Shown: positions 53,562 to 63,007, counted from the first letter of the stretch. The stretch: 64,000 bases of DNA from an uncultured virus (IMG/VR IMGVR_UViG_3300009081_000011) (IMGVR_UViG_3300009081_000011); one strand, 5' to 3'. The notes: generated from the sequence alone by a model not told the origin. Translations and numbers: made by a program.

Positions 53562-53718
53562 CGCTTGATCTTGGCGTCTAGACGGGCTTTGCACGCATCG
53601 CACAGTCGCATGAAGAAGTGAACCAGGATCGGGTACCGCACTGCGCCAGAGGCACCGCAACGATCACAACGTTCCGAGTCTCCGCCGGACTCTCGAAAAC
53701 AAAACGCGCGATTAGTCA

Positions 53719-53973
53719 TCACTTTACCGGAACGATCCTAGGTCTTTTCGGCTTCGGTTTCGACGGCACCATCGCGCTCCGCTCGAGAAAGGCCGCGTAC
53801 TCTTCTTCGGCCCACTGGCGCATCTCTTCCGGAGTAGTGAACATCACGCCAGTGCGGAAGAATCGAATGAACGCCCACGCCGTGTCTACTCGAATCGCAA
53901 GGCAACTGTCACCGTGGATGTAGAGTACGCCCTTTGCTTTTTCACGCCACTGCTTGTCGGTGGGAAGGTTCAT
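53719..53973 (-). CDS. hypothetical protein
   Basis: ATGA-coupled to dcd. Confidence 0.5.
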   Translation of the reverse strand: MNLPTDKQWREKAKGVLYIHGDSCLAIRVDTAWAFIRFFRTGVMFTTPEEMRQWAEEEYAAFLERSAMVPSKPKPKRPRIVPVK

Positions 53974-54533
53974 TTTTCGAACTGCTTCCACGAACGCGAC
54001 GGCACGGGGCCCATCGACGCCTCGCCGGTGTAGTTGCCGTTGTAAAGCGTCGGGACAAATTCGTCGATCGCTCGCCAAATCGTGTGAAAGCGCATCTGAC
54101 AGAACCGCATCCCGGCGTAGACGCGCGTCTGGTAGACGGCCGTCACCTCGAGCGTGTACTGCCCGTCGAAGCCCGGGTCGCCGTAGCCGGCGGTCATGTG
54201 CACCTGCACACCGAGACGACCGAGGCTGCTCTTGCCGTCGAGCACCGGAACATACTTGTCGGTGCGCACGCGCTCGGCCGTGTGCATGAGGTAGAGATGA
54301 CCGGGCAAAAGTACGAACGTGCCACGCTCGTGATCCATCTCAGCCAAATCCGTCGGGTTGTTTACCTTGCAATCCAAAACGTCGGTCCACGCCGCCGCTC
54401 GATACGTTCGTATTTTCGTCCCGAGCGTGAGGTCGACGCTAGCCGGATTCACACGCTTCGCGTCGAACGGGTCGATGACGATGTCGCCGCGGTCGACGGC
54501 GCTGCGGATGGCGGAGCCGCTGAGGATACTCAT
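53970..54533 (-). CDS. dcd: dCTP deaminase
   Basis: NPASVDLTLG, GKSSLGRLG, TAGYGDPGFDGQYTLE, FCQMRF. Confidence 0.92.
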   Translation of the reverse strand: MSILSGSAIRSAVDRGDIVIDPFDAKRVNPASVDLTLGTKIRTYRAAAWTDVLDCKVNNPTDLAEMDHERGTFVLLPGHLYLMHTAERVRTDKYVPVLDGKSSLGRLGVQVHMTAGYGDPGFDGQYTLEVTAVYQTRVYAGMRFCQMRFHTIWRAIDEFVPTLYNGNYTGEASMGPVPSRSWKQFEK

Positions 54534-54739
54534 GCTTCCGCCGCTCCCGGGATCCCTCGCCCCGCAAATACCTTGAAGGCCGACGTGAGAAGCGGCTCCT
54601 CCATGTGCTTAGGTACCTCGATACCGAGCTCGCGCGAAGCTCGGCTCATCGCCGCACCGAAGGTCATGTTCTCCTTGGAGAGAATGTCGACCATGCGCTC
54701 CAAGATGGGCGCGTACTTTCGAGCTTCGTCGAGTTTCAC
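54530..54739 (-). CDS. hypothetical protein
   Basis: coupled 69-aa ORF. Confidence 0.5.
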   Translation of the reverse strand: MKLDEARKYAPILERMVDILSKENMTFGAAMSRASRELGIEVPKHMEEPLLTSAFKVFAGRGIPGAAEA

Positions 54740-55017
54740 CGCCGCCTCCGCTTGGCCTCGTCAATGAGCTTCTTCACGTTGCTCGCGAGGTCCGAGCTCG
54801 TGAGCGTCTCGGCGATGTTCATCCCTGCCTGGATGATCTCGTTGCCCTCGAACGGGCGAGAGAGGAGATCATTTCGGTCGATGAACTTCACGGCCTGCAT
54901 AGCGGCAGTGCGGCGCTCTTCGGTCGTAGCACCTTCGTCGAGGGCTAGGTCGATGAGGTGCTGCGCGGTTTGGCGCGGATCGTCGGAGCTCGACCTTCTT
55001 CGTCTTCGGCGGGTCAT
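54736..55017 (-). CDS. hypothetical protein
   Basis: LALDEGATTEERRTAA. Confidence 0.5.
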   Translation of the reverse strand: MTRRRRRRSSSDDPRQTAQHLIDLALDEGATTEERRTAAMQAVKFIDRNDLLSRPFEGNEIIQAGMNIAETLTSSDLASNVKKLIDEAKRRRR

Positions 55018-55244
55018 TCGTCGTCCCCTGCGCTCTTCTTCCGTCGCCGGCCGCCGCTTCGCCCACTTGCCCCGAACCGTTCTTCGTACTCGTCGAGCAT
55101 CGAGTCAGCGTACTTGGTCGAGATCTCGACCATGTCGTCGGCTAGCTCGTCGGAGTCCTCGACGTCTTCGGCGGGAGTGAAGTTCTGGAGCGCGGCTTTT
55201 GCGAAGCCTGCCCACAGTTCGCTTAGTTCTTTTTTGTCAGCCAT
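55014..55244 (-). CDS. small acidic protein with basic tail
   Basis: RBS AAGGA before MADKKE. Confidence 0.55.
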   Translation of the reverse strand: MADKKELSELWAGFAKAALQNFTPAEDVEDSDELADDMVEISTKYADSMLDEYEERFGASGRSGGRRRKKSAGDDE

Positions 55245-55254
55245 GTTTTTCCTT

Positions 55255-55440
55255 TCAGAAGGGTTGCCCGAACCGATCTCGACGAAGGCATCCGTCTTCA
55301 TCGACGTAGGCGCGTTTCATACGATCGTAAACGAGACGCGCAGCACGTGCGGCGTCTTTGTTCTGCTCGTTCTCCGGACTGAGATCGGGATCGAATTCCG
55401 GCTGTTCGTTTTTCATAGCTACTTCCCGTGACACCCGCAC
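55255..55440 (-). CDS. hypothetical protein
   Basis: fits the operon packing. Confidence 0.4.
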   Translation of the reverse strand: MRVSREVAMKNEQPEFDPDLSPENEQNKDAARAARLVYDRMKRAYVDEDGCLRRDRFGQPF

Positions 55441-55631
55441 TCAACCACGCCAAGTGCCTTGACGGCGTAGGCTTGACCTCGACAGAGTGTGACGTTGTTC
55501 GGATCTAGCGCTCGTTCACGACACTCGTCGTCGGCGCACGACTGAACGAGCATGCCGCCTGTCGATGCGGTCATGACGACGACAGCCAGCAGCGCGAAAG
55601 CGTCGAACCGACGTTGCGACATCCTCTTCAT
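55419..55631 (-). CDS. small secreted Cys-rich protein
   Basis: hydrophobic N-terminus followed by 5 Cys. Confidence 0.45.
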   Translation of the reverse strand: MKRMSQRRFDAFALLAVVVMTASTGGMLVQSCADDECRERALDPNNVTLCRGQAYAVKALGVVECGCHGK

Positions 55632-55915
55632 GCGAGCCCCACCTTCTGTTTCCCGAAAATCCGATCATAGCCGTCCCTATACGCCGGTGTCGCAATCTGC
55701 GGCGGCCCACTCAAGCTCTCATGCCGGTAAAGCGTCTCGACGTCGTGCCACTCGTCCTCACCGGGAGTGATCTTCACGAGCTCCGAGCCTTCGGGGATCG
55801 GCTGACCCTCTCGCAAAGGCATCAGAGTTCCGACGCCGTTACGCTCGCCTCGACGTTCGACGAGGCGCGTGTTCGGGGCGATCTCGGCGCCGATACGGAG
55901 TTGATCTTTTTTCAT
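55628..55915 (-). CDS. hypothetical protein
   Basis: GPPQIATPAYRDGYDRIFG. Confidence 0.55.
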   Translation of the reverse strand: MKKDQLRIGAEIAPNTRLVERRGERNGVGTLMPLREGQPIPEGSELVKITPGEDEWHDVETLYRHESLSGPPQIATPAYRDGYDRIFGKQKVGLA

Positions 55916-56310
55916 GGCGTGCCAACTGCGGTGCGGGCTTTTTCGACCACGCCAACCATCTCGCGCGCAATGTCGCGCACAATCCCTATACCTTCGTACC
56001 CATGCACGTCGCATGAGTGATAGTTCAACAAGTGATCCGCGGCATCGGCGAGCTGCGCGAGCACGTCGGTCAATGGGTACGGCTTGTCGTCGGCAAGTAG
56101 CTCCCGCACGATCGCGCGGAGTTCATCGCGTTCCACTTCGCCTGCACGTTTTCCTAGCTCAAACGCTGCGTGAGCTCCTCGCCACTCAAGCCACGAAGCG
56201 TAGCACCCAGAACAGCCACAGCCTTCGGCGTGCGACGGATAATCCGGAGACCCTTTCGAGTACTTCGCAACGATCTGCTCTTTCGAGAGCGCCATATCGG
56301 CTTCGGTCAC
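55912..56310 (-). CDS. hypothetical protein
   Basis: coupled 132-aa ORF. Confidence 0.5.
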   Translation of the reverse strand: MTEADMALSKEQIVAKYSKGSPDYPSHAEGCGCSGCYASWLEWRGAHAAFELGKRAGEVERDELRAIVRELLADDKPYPLTDVLAQLADAADHLLNYHSCDVHGYEGIGIVRDIAREMVGVVEKARTAVGTP

Positions 56311-56648
56311 GGTTCATCCTTCGGTGTCATGTTCTCCGCCGCCCACCGCGCGTACGGATTCTTGACCGACGCCTTCTGCTGCACGTCAGTGCGCCTCGAG
56401 TTGTACTCCGCGACGTAGGCACGGACGAGTTTCATCTGCTCGGCGTCGGCGAAGATGCGCGCGTAGACCTCGCGATCGACGAGCGCGACCTTGCCGGCAA
56501 GCGCCATCACGAGCTCGTCGGCAATGCGGCGCCAGGTGCGATCGTCGCACCAGACCTCGCCGAGATTACTTTGTTTGAGTTCGCCGCCGACGACGGCGCG
56601 GAGGGCCTTGGCGAGGTTTTCGTTCAGGGAGTGGATGCGGGGTTTCAT
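56307..56648 (-). CDS. hypothetical protein
   Basis: coupled ORF. Confidence 0.5.
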   Translation of the reverse strand: MKPRIHSLNENLAKALRAVVGGELKQSNLGEVWCDDRTWRRIADELVMALAGKVALVDREVYARIFADAEQMKLVRAYVAEYNSRRTDVQQKASVKNPYARWAAENMTPKDEP

Positions 56649-56842
56649 GATCCACGCTCTCGATCGAAAAAAAGATAGAAAGAGACCGATGCGGCGAACT
56701 GCACTACCGCCTGTGCCGGCAGAACGAGAAGACACCAAGGCCAAAACGGAAGTCGAAACCCGAGCGCCATACCGAGTGCGAAGATAACGCCTACGATGAA
56801 ACCGAAAAACGCCGCCGTTGTCTCTGTCGCTGGCTGTTTCAT
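56645..56842 (-). CDS. small membrane protein
   Basis: two hydrophobic helices. Confidence 0.5.
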   Translation of the reverse strand: MKQPATETTAAFFGFIVGVIFALGMALGFRLPFWPWCLLVLPAQAVVQFAASVSFYLFFDRERGS

Positions 56843-57030
56843 CGCTGCGCCCTGAGCCCGTTCTCGATAAGCATGCGCACGGTCGACGAGAAGTTGCTCT
56901 CGATACCGAACCTCTCGCGGAGCTCCTTCTGGTGCAGACGAATACGCGCCTCGAGATCTTTGCTCATTCGAAGCTGGCGAGCGGGGCCCATGCCGTTCGA
57001 GCCTCGTAGTTTTGCTTTCTTCGACGCCAT
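56839..57030 (-). CDS. ribbon-helix-helix-like regulator
   Basis: RQLRMSKDLEARI..NFSSTVRMLIENGL; upstream TTGGAT-N18-TATCCT. Confidence 0.6.
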   Translation of the reverse strand: MASKKAKLRGSNGMGPARQLRMSKDLEARIRLHQKELRERFGIESNFSSTVRMLIENGLRAQR

Positions 57031-57217
57031 ATGCGCCAGGATACAACAAGCCACGACGTAGATCCAACAAAAGGCGAAAGCCGAGAAGTTTTTCGTTCTT
57101 CTCGGCTCTCAAGCCCCTTTTGGCCCTAGCGCTACTTCTTCACGGCGCCCTCTTTTTTGCTGCCATGCGATCCTCCATGTCAGACAACCGAACAGTACCA
57201 AAGTGTAGCCTCGCCGC

Positions 57218-57289
57218 CTACCCCGTGAGCCGGTCTAATGAATAACGAGCCCCAACAAAAAGCCCGGTCGGTTTCGGCTCACGGGGTAG
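57218..57289. repeat. 15-bp perfect inverted repeat in an intergenic region
   Basis: CTACCCCGTGAGCCG at 57218 and CGGCTCACGGGGTAG at 57275. Confidence 0.85.
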
Positions 57290-57431
57290 AGGAGCGAGCT
57301 CGGTCTTGCTGAGACCGTCACAGGCTTACCCTTCCCGCAACTGTCTCGACCACTTCCGCTCCTTGATTGGTAGAACAGGAGTCCCGACGTCCTGACGCCC
57401 CGGTTGAAGGGCGACCGATCTGCGGACGGAA

Positions 57432-57902
57432 TCATTGCGCCGTTTTTTCCCGATTCCCCTCGATCTTCAGAGCGAACCGCGAAGACCCTAGCCGTGACTG
57501 ATGATCGCTAGAACCTTGGTACGCGACGATCTTCTCAAGCTCTGTGAGTGTCACCGGAACACCATCTCTCCACTCGAGGGCTCCGGGTAGTTCGAAACCT
57601 TTGTACGTGAAGTCGACGATGACCTTCGCGGCGCCGGCCTCGCGGAGCATGCCGCCGGAGATGCGCGGGCCGCAGAGCACCATGACGTCGCAGCGGCGGA
57701 CCTGCTCGCAGTCGGAGCGAAGACCGAGCTCGCGGTTCTCGGGAGTCTCCTCGAGCTCGCCAGTGCAGACGATCCATGAGCACTCGACGGAGAAGCCTTG
57801 CTTCCAAAGCCAGGCGGCCCACCTGGCGGCGTTGCGACGGTTCTGCTCGATGCCCTCGGATGTGTCGGCAGTGAGCGGATGTCCGAGGTAAACGGCGATC
57901 AT
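57432..57902 (-). CDS. nucleoside deoxyribosyltransferase-like (DUF4406-type) protein
   Basis: VYLGHP, RRCDVMVLCG.RISGGM..E. Confidence 0.6.
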   Translation of the reverse strand: MIAVYLGHPLTADTSEGIEQNRRNAARWAAWLWKQGFSVECSWIVCTGELEETPENRELGLRSDCEQVRRCDVMVLCGPRISGGMLREAGAAKVIVDFTYKGFELPGALEWRDGVPVTLTELEKIVAYQGSSDHQSRLGSSRFALKIEGNREKTAQ

Positions 57903-58246
57903 ATAAGGGCTCCTTCCAATCGTCGAAGCTTCTCTCGAAGCTCTTCGTTCTCTCGTTGTAGTTCACGTTCGCGCCACGAAAGCGAAGGGCGCTTGAAAGC
58001 GTCCGGATAGTGCTCGAAGCTCTTCTCCGGGTCTGTGTCGACGAGTTTGAAACCTGTGCCGGTCAAAACGTCGTTCGTCTCGTTCACGATCGACCAACGC
58101 GCGAACCGCCATCCGCGATGTCCGACACGAGCACGCATGACGGCTTTCGCGTACTTCGCCGCCGCTTCCTTGAGGTCGAAGGCTGCCGTCCAGAAGCCGT
58201 TGTAGAGATTATCGGACGCACGTGCGTCGCTCATACCGTCGCTCAC
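57899..58246 (-). CDS. hypothetical protein
   Basis: C-terminal coiled coil. Confidence 0.5.
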   Translation of the reverse strand: MSDGMSDARASDNLYNGFWTAAFDLKEAAAKYAKAVMRARVGHRGWRFARWSIVNETNDVLTGTGFKLVDTDPEKSFEHYPDAFKRPSLSWRERELQRENEELREKLRRLEGALI

Positions 58247-58551
58247 GATCTGTCCCTTTCATCAGTCACGCCGCAATGGACGCAGCACCGAACTCCGTCT
58301 TCGTCGGCCTCCCAAGAGTGGTGACAAACTTCTCCGACGAGAACGTGGTGCTCCGGGCACTTGGCTGTTTGCGTTAGTTCGTCGAAATGCCACCCAACAG
58401 CTCGTGTGGAATACCCCTCGACCGGATCAGGACCCGCAAAGAAATTGACATTGTAGAAACCGTTAAAGTGCCGTGCACTCGCGAAAGCCTCGTGCACTTG
58501 GCAGCACCCATCCGCGTCGCAACCGATAACAACTTTGAGCCGTACGGTCAT
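58243..58551 (-). CDS. Cys/His-rich protein
   Basis: CDADGC, CPEH, CVHCG. Confidence 0.5.
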   Translation of the reverse strand: MTVRLKVVIGCDADGCCQVHEAFASARHFNGFYNVNFFAGPDPVEGYSTRAVGWHFDELTQTAKCPEHHVLVGEVCHHSWEADEDGVRCCVHCGVTDERDRS

Positions 58552-58552
58552 C

Positions 58553-58963
58553 TCACGCCTTCCCGGCCACCACGGCCCTGAGCTTGCCGTCCGATTCGAC
58601 GGTCGCGTACCCGAGCTTCTTCAATGCGTTCATCTCTTTCACGAGTACCGGTTCGTCGTCGAGCGCCGCGACATAGCCGATCGCCGCGTCGGCCGCTTCG
58701 TGCCAGGCAATGCTCGGGTTTCGATCGTCGCACTGGCCGCGACGGTAGGCGGCCCAGACGGCGCGTTGGATTTTTGCTGGGACGCGGAACCAATGTGCCC
58801 TACACATTAAAAGCTCTGGTTTGATTTTCATCGAGCAGCCGCGCGCATGGCACCGATGAGCGTCGGGGAGCTTGTGGCCGCCTTCGTGACCGGCGTCGAG
58901 GATGCAACGTTCGCCGTTCGGATGCACCTGCGGACACTGCTTGAGCTTTACGACTTTCCCCAT
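58553..58963 (-). CDS. zinc-binding protein
   Basis: RCILDAGHEGGH; CHARGC..MCRAHW. Confidence 0.55.
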   Translation of the reverse strand: MGKVVKLKQCPQVHPNGERCILDAGHEGGHKLPDAHRCHARGCSMKIKPELLMCRAHWFRVPAKIQRAVWAAYRRGQCDDRNPSIAWHEAADAAIGYVAALDDEPVLVKEMNALKKLGYATVESDGKLRAVVAGKA

Positions 58964-59566
58964 TTACGACCCTACCGCCACGCCTTCCTTTTGAAAAAAA
59001 CGAACACCCGGCACCTGGATCTGTCCCTTGGTCGCCACACAGACTTTCCGAAGCGCCGCCGTGTCGATGAGCAAGTACTCCCGAGGCACGAGATTCGGAT
59101 CCGTGATCTCAACCTCCCACGTTTTTCGAAACGTAATCGCCGTCGGCGTCGGAGGAACGGCGAGCGCCGTAAGCTGCGCCATGGCCGATGGCGTCGGAGC
59201 CTGCCCGGCCGCGACGATAGCCGCGTGCTTCTCTTGACGAAGCGTCTCCTGATACCCGGCGACACGCTCTTTCAAAACACTCTCGATCATCTGATACGTC
59301 TCGATCGGAGCTCGGAACCACTCCCGCGCCGCGCGCTCGGCTTCGCGAAGCGGAACGAGCACAGTTTCGCGTTGCGCGATCAAGTTCTTCACGCGAGCCT
59401 TGACCTCGATGAGAGCCTCGCAAATCCCCGGGTACGTCACGGAAGTGCATGGAAGATCTTGAAGCGACGTAGAGAGCTCCGCGAGCGCTTCCGTGCTTTC
59501 CAAATCGTTCGGACGCCGGAGCCAAACACTGTCCGCCACCGCGACGGGTTCAATGACGGTCGTCAT
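58964..59566 (-). CDS. coiled-coil phage protein (Gp157/Gam-like)
   Basis: RKTWEVEITDPNLVPREYL..IQVPGVRFF. Confidence 0.6.
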   Translation of the reverse strand: MTTVIEPVAVADSVWLRRPNDLESTEALAELSTSLQDLPCTSVTYPGICEALIEVKARVKNLIAQRETVLVPLREAERAAREWFRAPIETYQMIESVLKERVAGYQETLRQEKHAAIVAAGQAPTPSAMAQLTALAVPPTPTAITFRKTWEVEITDPNLVPREYLLIDTAALRKVCVATKGQIQVPGVRFFQKEGVAVGS

Positions 59567-59802
59567 GTTTCCACAATTTCCGTGAGCGGAACCTTGCCGT
59601 CGGTCAAATCCGCGAGCGCCTTGCCCTTCGCGTAGCTCACGAGCTTCTGACCCTTGAGCGTATTCAAGAGCGTCGACATGCCGATCTTGCCATCCGCCCG
59701 ATCTGCGAGCTCCTTAGCGTACGCTGTCTTCGTCATGCCTTGAGGAAGAGTGCTTTCGAACCACTCCTTGAATGACATGACCTTCCGTTTCTTGGTTGCC
59801 AC
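59563..59802 (-). CDS. Cro-like HTH protein
   Basis: RBS GGAG; TAYAKELA..MSTLLNTLKG..LTDGKV. Confidence 0.5.
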   Translation of the reverse strand: MATKKRKVMSFKEWFESTLPQGMTKTAYAKELADRADGKIGMSTLLNTLKGQKLVSYAKGKALADLTDGKVPLTEIVET

Positions 59803-59806
59803 TTTT

Positions 59807-60265
59807 CTATCTCCACCTTTTTTGGAACCACGTCCCGAGCCCGATCGCGTCATGCATGTTGTGCGCACGAGACTTTGAAAATTTCTCGATATTGTCGAGC
59901 TCGAAAGACGTGAGCGTTTCACGCACCCGACGCCAACACACGTCCTTAGGAAGTTGCCCTTTCCATTCACGTGGCTTGACAAGCTTGACGCGAAAACCAC
60001 AAGCCGTTGCACGATCGGCGTATCGACCGACCATGACGGCCAACTTGATCAAGTCGTTCTGATCGCCCTTCTGTTGCTGCCCTAGATAGGCCTGCGGGAT
60101 CTCGATGATGCAATCACCAGCCGGTTTCCCTTGTCTGACAGGCGCCGCATTCTCAATGAGCAAGAGACATTCCTCTTCGGTGCAAACCGTAGCGTGAGTT
60201 AGTACCGGAGCGCTGAACTCTGCGAATCCCGTTACCTTGCCCGGATCAATTGCTATGAGGGCCAC
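59807..60265 (-). CDS. RuvC-like Holliday junction resolvase
   Basis: IAIDPG, IIEIP, PREWKG, DAIGLG. Confidence 0.8.
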   Translation of the reverse strand: MALIAIDPGKVTGFAEFSAPVLTHATVCTEEECLLLIENAAPVRQGKPAGDCIIEIPQAYLGQQQKGDQNDLIKLAVMVGRYADRATACGFRVKLVKPREWKGQLPKDVCWRRVRETLTSFELDNIEKFSKSRAHNMHDAIGLGTWFQKRWR

Positions 60266-62115
60266 GGCACGAGCCTCCCATCCTTGTAAAGAGCCTTCGC
60301 TTCCTTGCTCCAATATCGGCACAAGAGCGGCTCAACCTTCGGCGTCACATCCGGAATCGCCCGCTTCGCAGCAGCGACCATGATATCGGCGACGGCCATC
60401 GCGCGATCGTGCGCCAGTTCGTCGTCACGCACCTCGACCAAGTATTGGTCATGAATGAAGTTCACGGGCCTCGAGCCGAAGAGCACGTGGTCCTTTTGGT
60501 AGTAGCAAGCCCGAGCAAGATCGTAGCCGGCCCAGGTCGCCGCCGTCGCCCCTAAGCTCTGGAACGGATCGTTACACGCGACCGTGTACCGCATGCCCGA
60601 GCGCCACGAGCCCGTCACGAAACGTTGAAGAGAAATCGTGCCGTTCTGTTGTTCCTTGCTCGCAATCCAATTGAAGTACGGCCCTGCTTCCGGCCACTGC
60701 GTGAGCCAGAATTGCTTCAGCTCTTTGGCTTTTTCTTCTGTAATCGTCACCTTGTACGAGCTCGCGGCGTAGGCAACGAAGCTCTCAGCGCCGAGGCCTC
60801 CCGGGAACCCGAAGTTTCCGACCTTCGCGACTAGTCGTTTCGCGTCGACTTCCTTGTCACCTTCTTTTCGTCGTGCTTTCGCTTCCGCGTAAGTGGTGTT
60901 CAAAATCTGCGCTGCGAAAGCGAGATGCGGATCGTTTTCGTGTTCGGAATTCAAAACCTCAGCCATCCGCGAACGTCCGAGTGCCCAGAGGCATGTCTGC
61001 GCCCATGTACAGAGCTCAAGCATCGCGTAGTCCGCATCGACGAAAATGTATCCTAGACGCGGTCTGAAACACTCACGCATCCCGACGAGGCGTTTGATGT
61101 TCTGAATGTTCGGCGCGCTCGACGATGTACGACCGGTCTCTTGAAGCGGCTCGAAGCGCGTCTGGATCGGCGTCTTGACACCTTTCAAAAGGATCGGGAT
61201 GTCCGTCGACACGACTTTCGCCAAACTCGAGAAGTTCGCGTACGCACAGAGCACCGGATCTCCGGTCTTCTTACACGTCGCGTCGTCTAGCGCGACGTCG
61301 TCGCCGTCTGTCTTCATGAGCTCGAGGCCCTTCTCTTGGCAAATCTGAACCATGCGCGCCTTCGCGACCTTGGTGTCTCGTGTGCCGCTCTGACGGACAA
61401 GTCCGTGACTCACGAGAAGCCCCTTGATTTCCTCGATGCTCTTTTCCGTGGTCTCGACGAACGCCCGGACGGCTTCCGGATCCGTCTTGATCCCGTAGCA
61501 AGACATGAGATGGAGCATCCACGCCGTGCGGCACCGTGCGGGCTCGTCGAAAAGTAACGCTGCGTCCGACTCTTGCGCTTGGTAGACGGCCATTGTCGCC
61601 GCCGCGTCGTCTTCGGCATACTGGCGCGCTTCTTTGGGCCAGTCGTACAGAGGAACCTCGTAGAGCTCGGAGTACCGAAGACGCCAAGTCTCCGCGCCCT
61701 TGTCGAGCTCGTGACCGAGGTGCCGCTTCGTAAGATCGGCCAGGCTATAGCCGATCTTGAACACCTTGCCGTCTTCGCCTCGACGAAACCCGCCGTAACA
61801 ACCCATCGCGATGTCGATCATCTTCTGGCGCATGATCACGTCGCGCACGAGCCCTTTATCGTAGAGCGTCCAGATCCGTTCACTGAGCCTCGGATCGTGC
61901 ACGAGCATCACGGCCATGTCGTAGGCGGTGTTCGCGCCGATCACCGGCGTATTGTTCCAGATGGCTAAATCCGCCATCGCACGGAACGTCGGAGAGCCGT
62001 CGAGCGCGTGAAAAACCCGGGCGCTGCAATCGGGCTGCGCGTACGAAACACAAACCAAATCCGGGGCAAGGTTGCCCTCTGTAATGAGGAAGGTCTCGCA
62101 ATCGAACGCTTGCAT
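60253..62115 (-). CDS. polA: family A DNA polymerase with 3'-5' exonuclease
   Basis: FDCET, ANTAYD, YAEDD; TGRTSS.PNIQN, DADYAMLE, KVGNFGFPGG, IHDQY. Confidence 0.93.
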   Translation of the reverse strand: MQAFDCETFLITEGNLAPDLVCVSYAQPDCSARVFHALDGSPTFRAMADLAIWNNTPVIGANTAYDMAVMLVHDPRLSERIWTLYDKGLVRDVIMRQKMIDIAMGCYGGFRRGEDGKVFKIGYSLADLTKRHLGHELDKGAETWRLRYSELYEVPLYDWPKEARQYAEDDAAATMAVYQAQESDAALLFDEPARCRTAWMLHLMSCYGIKTDPEAVRAFVETTEKSIEEIKGLLVSHGLVRQSGTRDTKVAKARMVQICQEKGLELMKTDGDDVALDDATCKKTGDPVLCAYANFSSLAKVVSTDIPILLKGVKTPIQTRFEPLQETGRTSSSAPNIQNIKRLVGMRECFRPRLGYIFVDADYAMLELCTWAQTCLWALGRSRMAEVLNSEHENDPHLAFAAQILNTTYAEAKARRKEGDKEVDAKRLVAKVGNFGFPGGLGAESFVAYAASSYKVTITEEKAKELKQFWLTQWPEAGPYFNWIASKEQQNGTISLQRFVTGSWRSGMRYTVACNDPFQSLGATAATWAGYDLARACYYQKDHVLFGSRPVNFIHDQYLVEVRDDELAHDRAMAVADIMVAAAKRAIPDVTPKVEPLLCRYWSKEAKALYKDGRLVPWPS

Positions 62116-62123
62116 TGAATCTC

Positions 62124-62154
62124 GCCCCGCTCCGGCCGCGCACCGGAGCGGGGC
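62124..62154. terminator. 12-bp perfect hairpin between the SSB-like gene and the polymerase
   Basis: GCCCCGCTCCGG/CCGGAGCGGGGC; a U-rich tail is present only on the + strand. Confidence 0.45.
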
Positions 62155-62163
62155 TTTCCTTCT

Positions 62164-62898
62164 TCAGTTCGCCCTAGGAGGCCAACCAGGGGCCGGCACG
62201 CCCACACCAGCCTGAGGCATGGCAGGTTGTCCGTAGGCGGCCTGAGGCGCCGCCTGTGGGGCTGGCTGTTGCTGTGGCCACGCCGGAGCAGGCGCGGCCT
62301 GCGGCAACGCCGCCGGAGCGAACCCCGGTGGCGCATACGCGGGCGGATACCCCTGAGCCGCGGGTTGCGCCGCTGACCTCTGAGGCATCTGCGCTACTGC
62401 TGGCGTCGGAGCGGGCTGCCAACCCGGCGGAGGTGTCCACGGCGCCCACGTGTGAAGCGTGAACTCCGTACCTCGCTGAGTCAGCTTGATCCGACACTCG
62501 ACCGAAACGGTCTCGCGTCCGCCGAGCACGGCCGTGCCCTGCGTCTCGAGCGCCGTCATGAGCCCCGCGAGTTGCGGCCTCAGTTGTTGATCGATCTGTG
62601 CAACGTGATCCTTGTTCGTGATGTCGAATCCGAGAAGCGCCGCCATCATCTCGAGGATGTTGGAAAACGCTTGCTGCTGTTGCTGCATCTTGACGAAGTA
62701 CGTCCCTTTGCTCCCGATCTGGTGCGCAGGGTTGTCACTCTCCAAGACCTCGAACTCGGCGATGAACGCCGTTCCGGACTTTTGCGTCTGCTTGCTCAGA
62801 CACCGGAGCAAGCGGAGCTTGTACCTTCCTGGGTTGAAGTAGTTTCCACGTTCGAAAATCGGTGCTTGTCCAATTGCGGACCAATCGATAGGGGGCAT
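62164..62898 (-). CDS. ssDNA-binding-like OB-fold protein with Pro/Ala/Gln tail
   Basis: position between helicase and polymerase; PGRYKLRL..FIAEFEVLES; RBS AAGGA. Confidence 0.55.
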   Translation of the reverse strand: MPPIDWSAIGQAPIFERGNYFNPGRYKLRLLRCLSKQTQKSGTAFIAEFEVLESDNPAHQIGSKGTYFVKMQQQQQAFSNILEMMAALLGFDITNKDHVAQIDQQLRPQLAGLMTALETQGTAVLGGRETVSVECRIKLTQRGTEFTLHTWAPWTPPPGWQPAPTPAVAQMPQRSAAQPAAQGYPPAYAPPGFAPAALPQAAPAPAWPQQQPAPQAAPQAAYGQPAMPQAGVGVPAPGWPPRAN

Positions 62899-62931
62899 TT
62901 AATATCCTTCTTCAGAGACGGGAAAAATTCC

Positions 62932-63000
62932 CGCGAGCTACACACGACACGTCTGGTGTCCCGGGGGGAGGGATGCCGTCCCGTTCGTGTGTAGCTCGCG
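62932..63000. repeat. 16-bp perfect inverted repeat in the leader of the SSB-like gene
   Basis: CGCGAGCTACACACGA/TCGTGTGTAGCTCGCG around 37 nt. Confidence 0.85.
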
Positions 63001-63007
63001 AGCGTCT

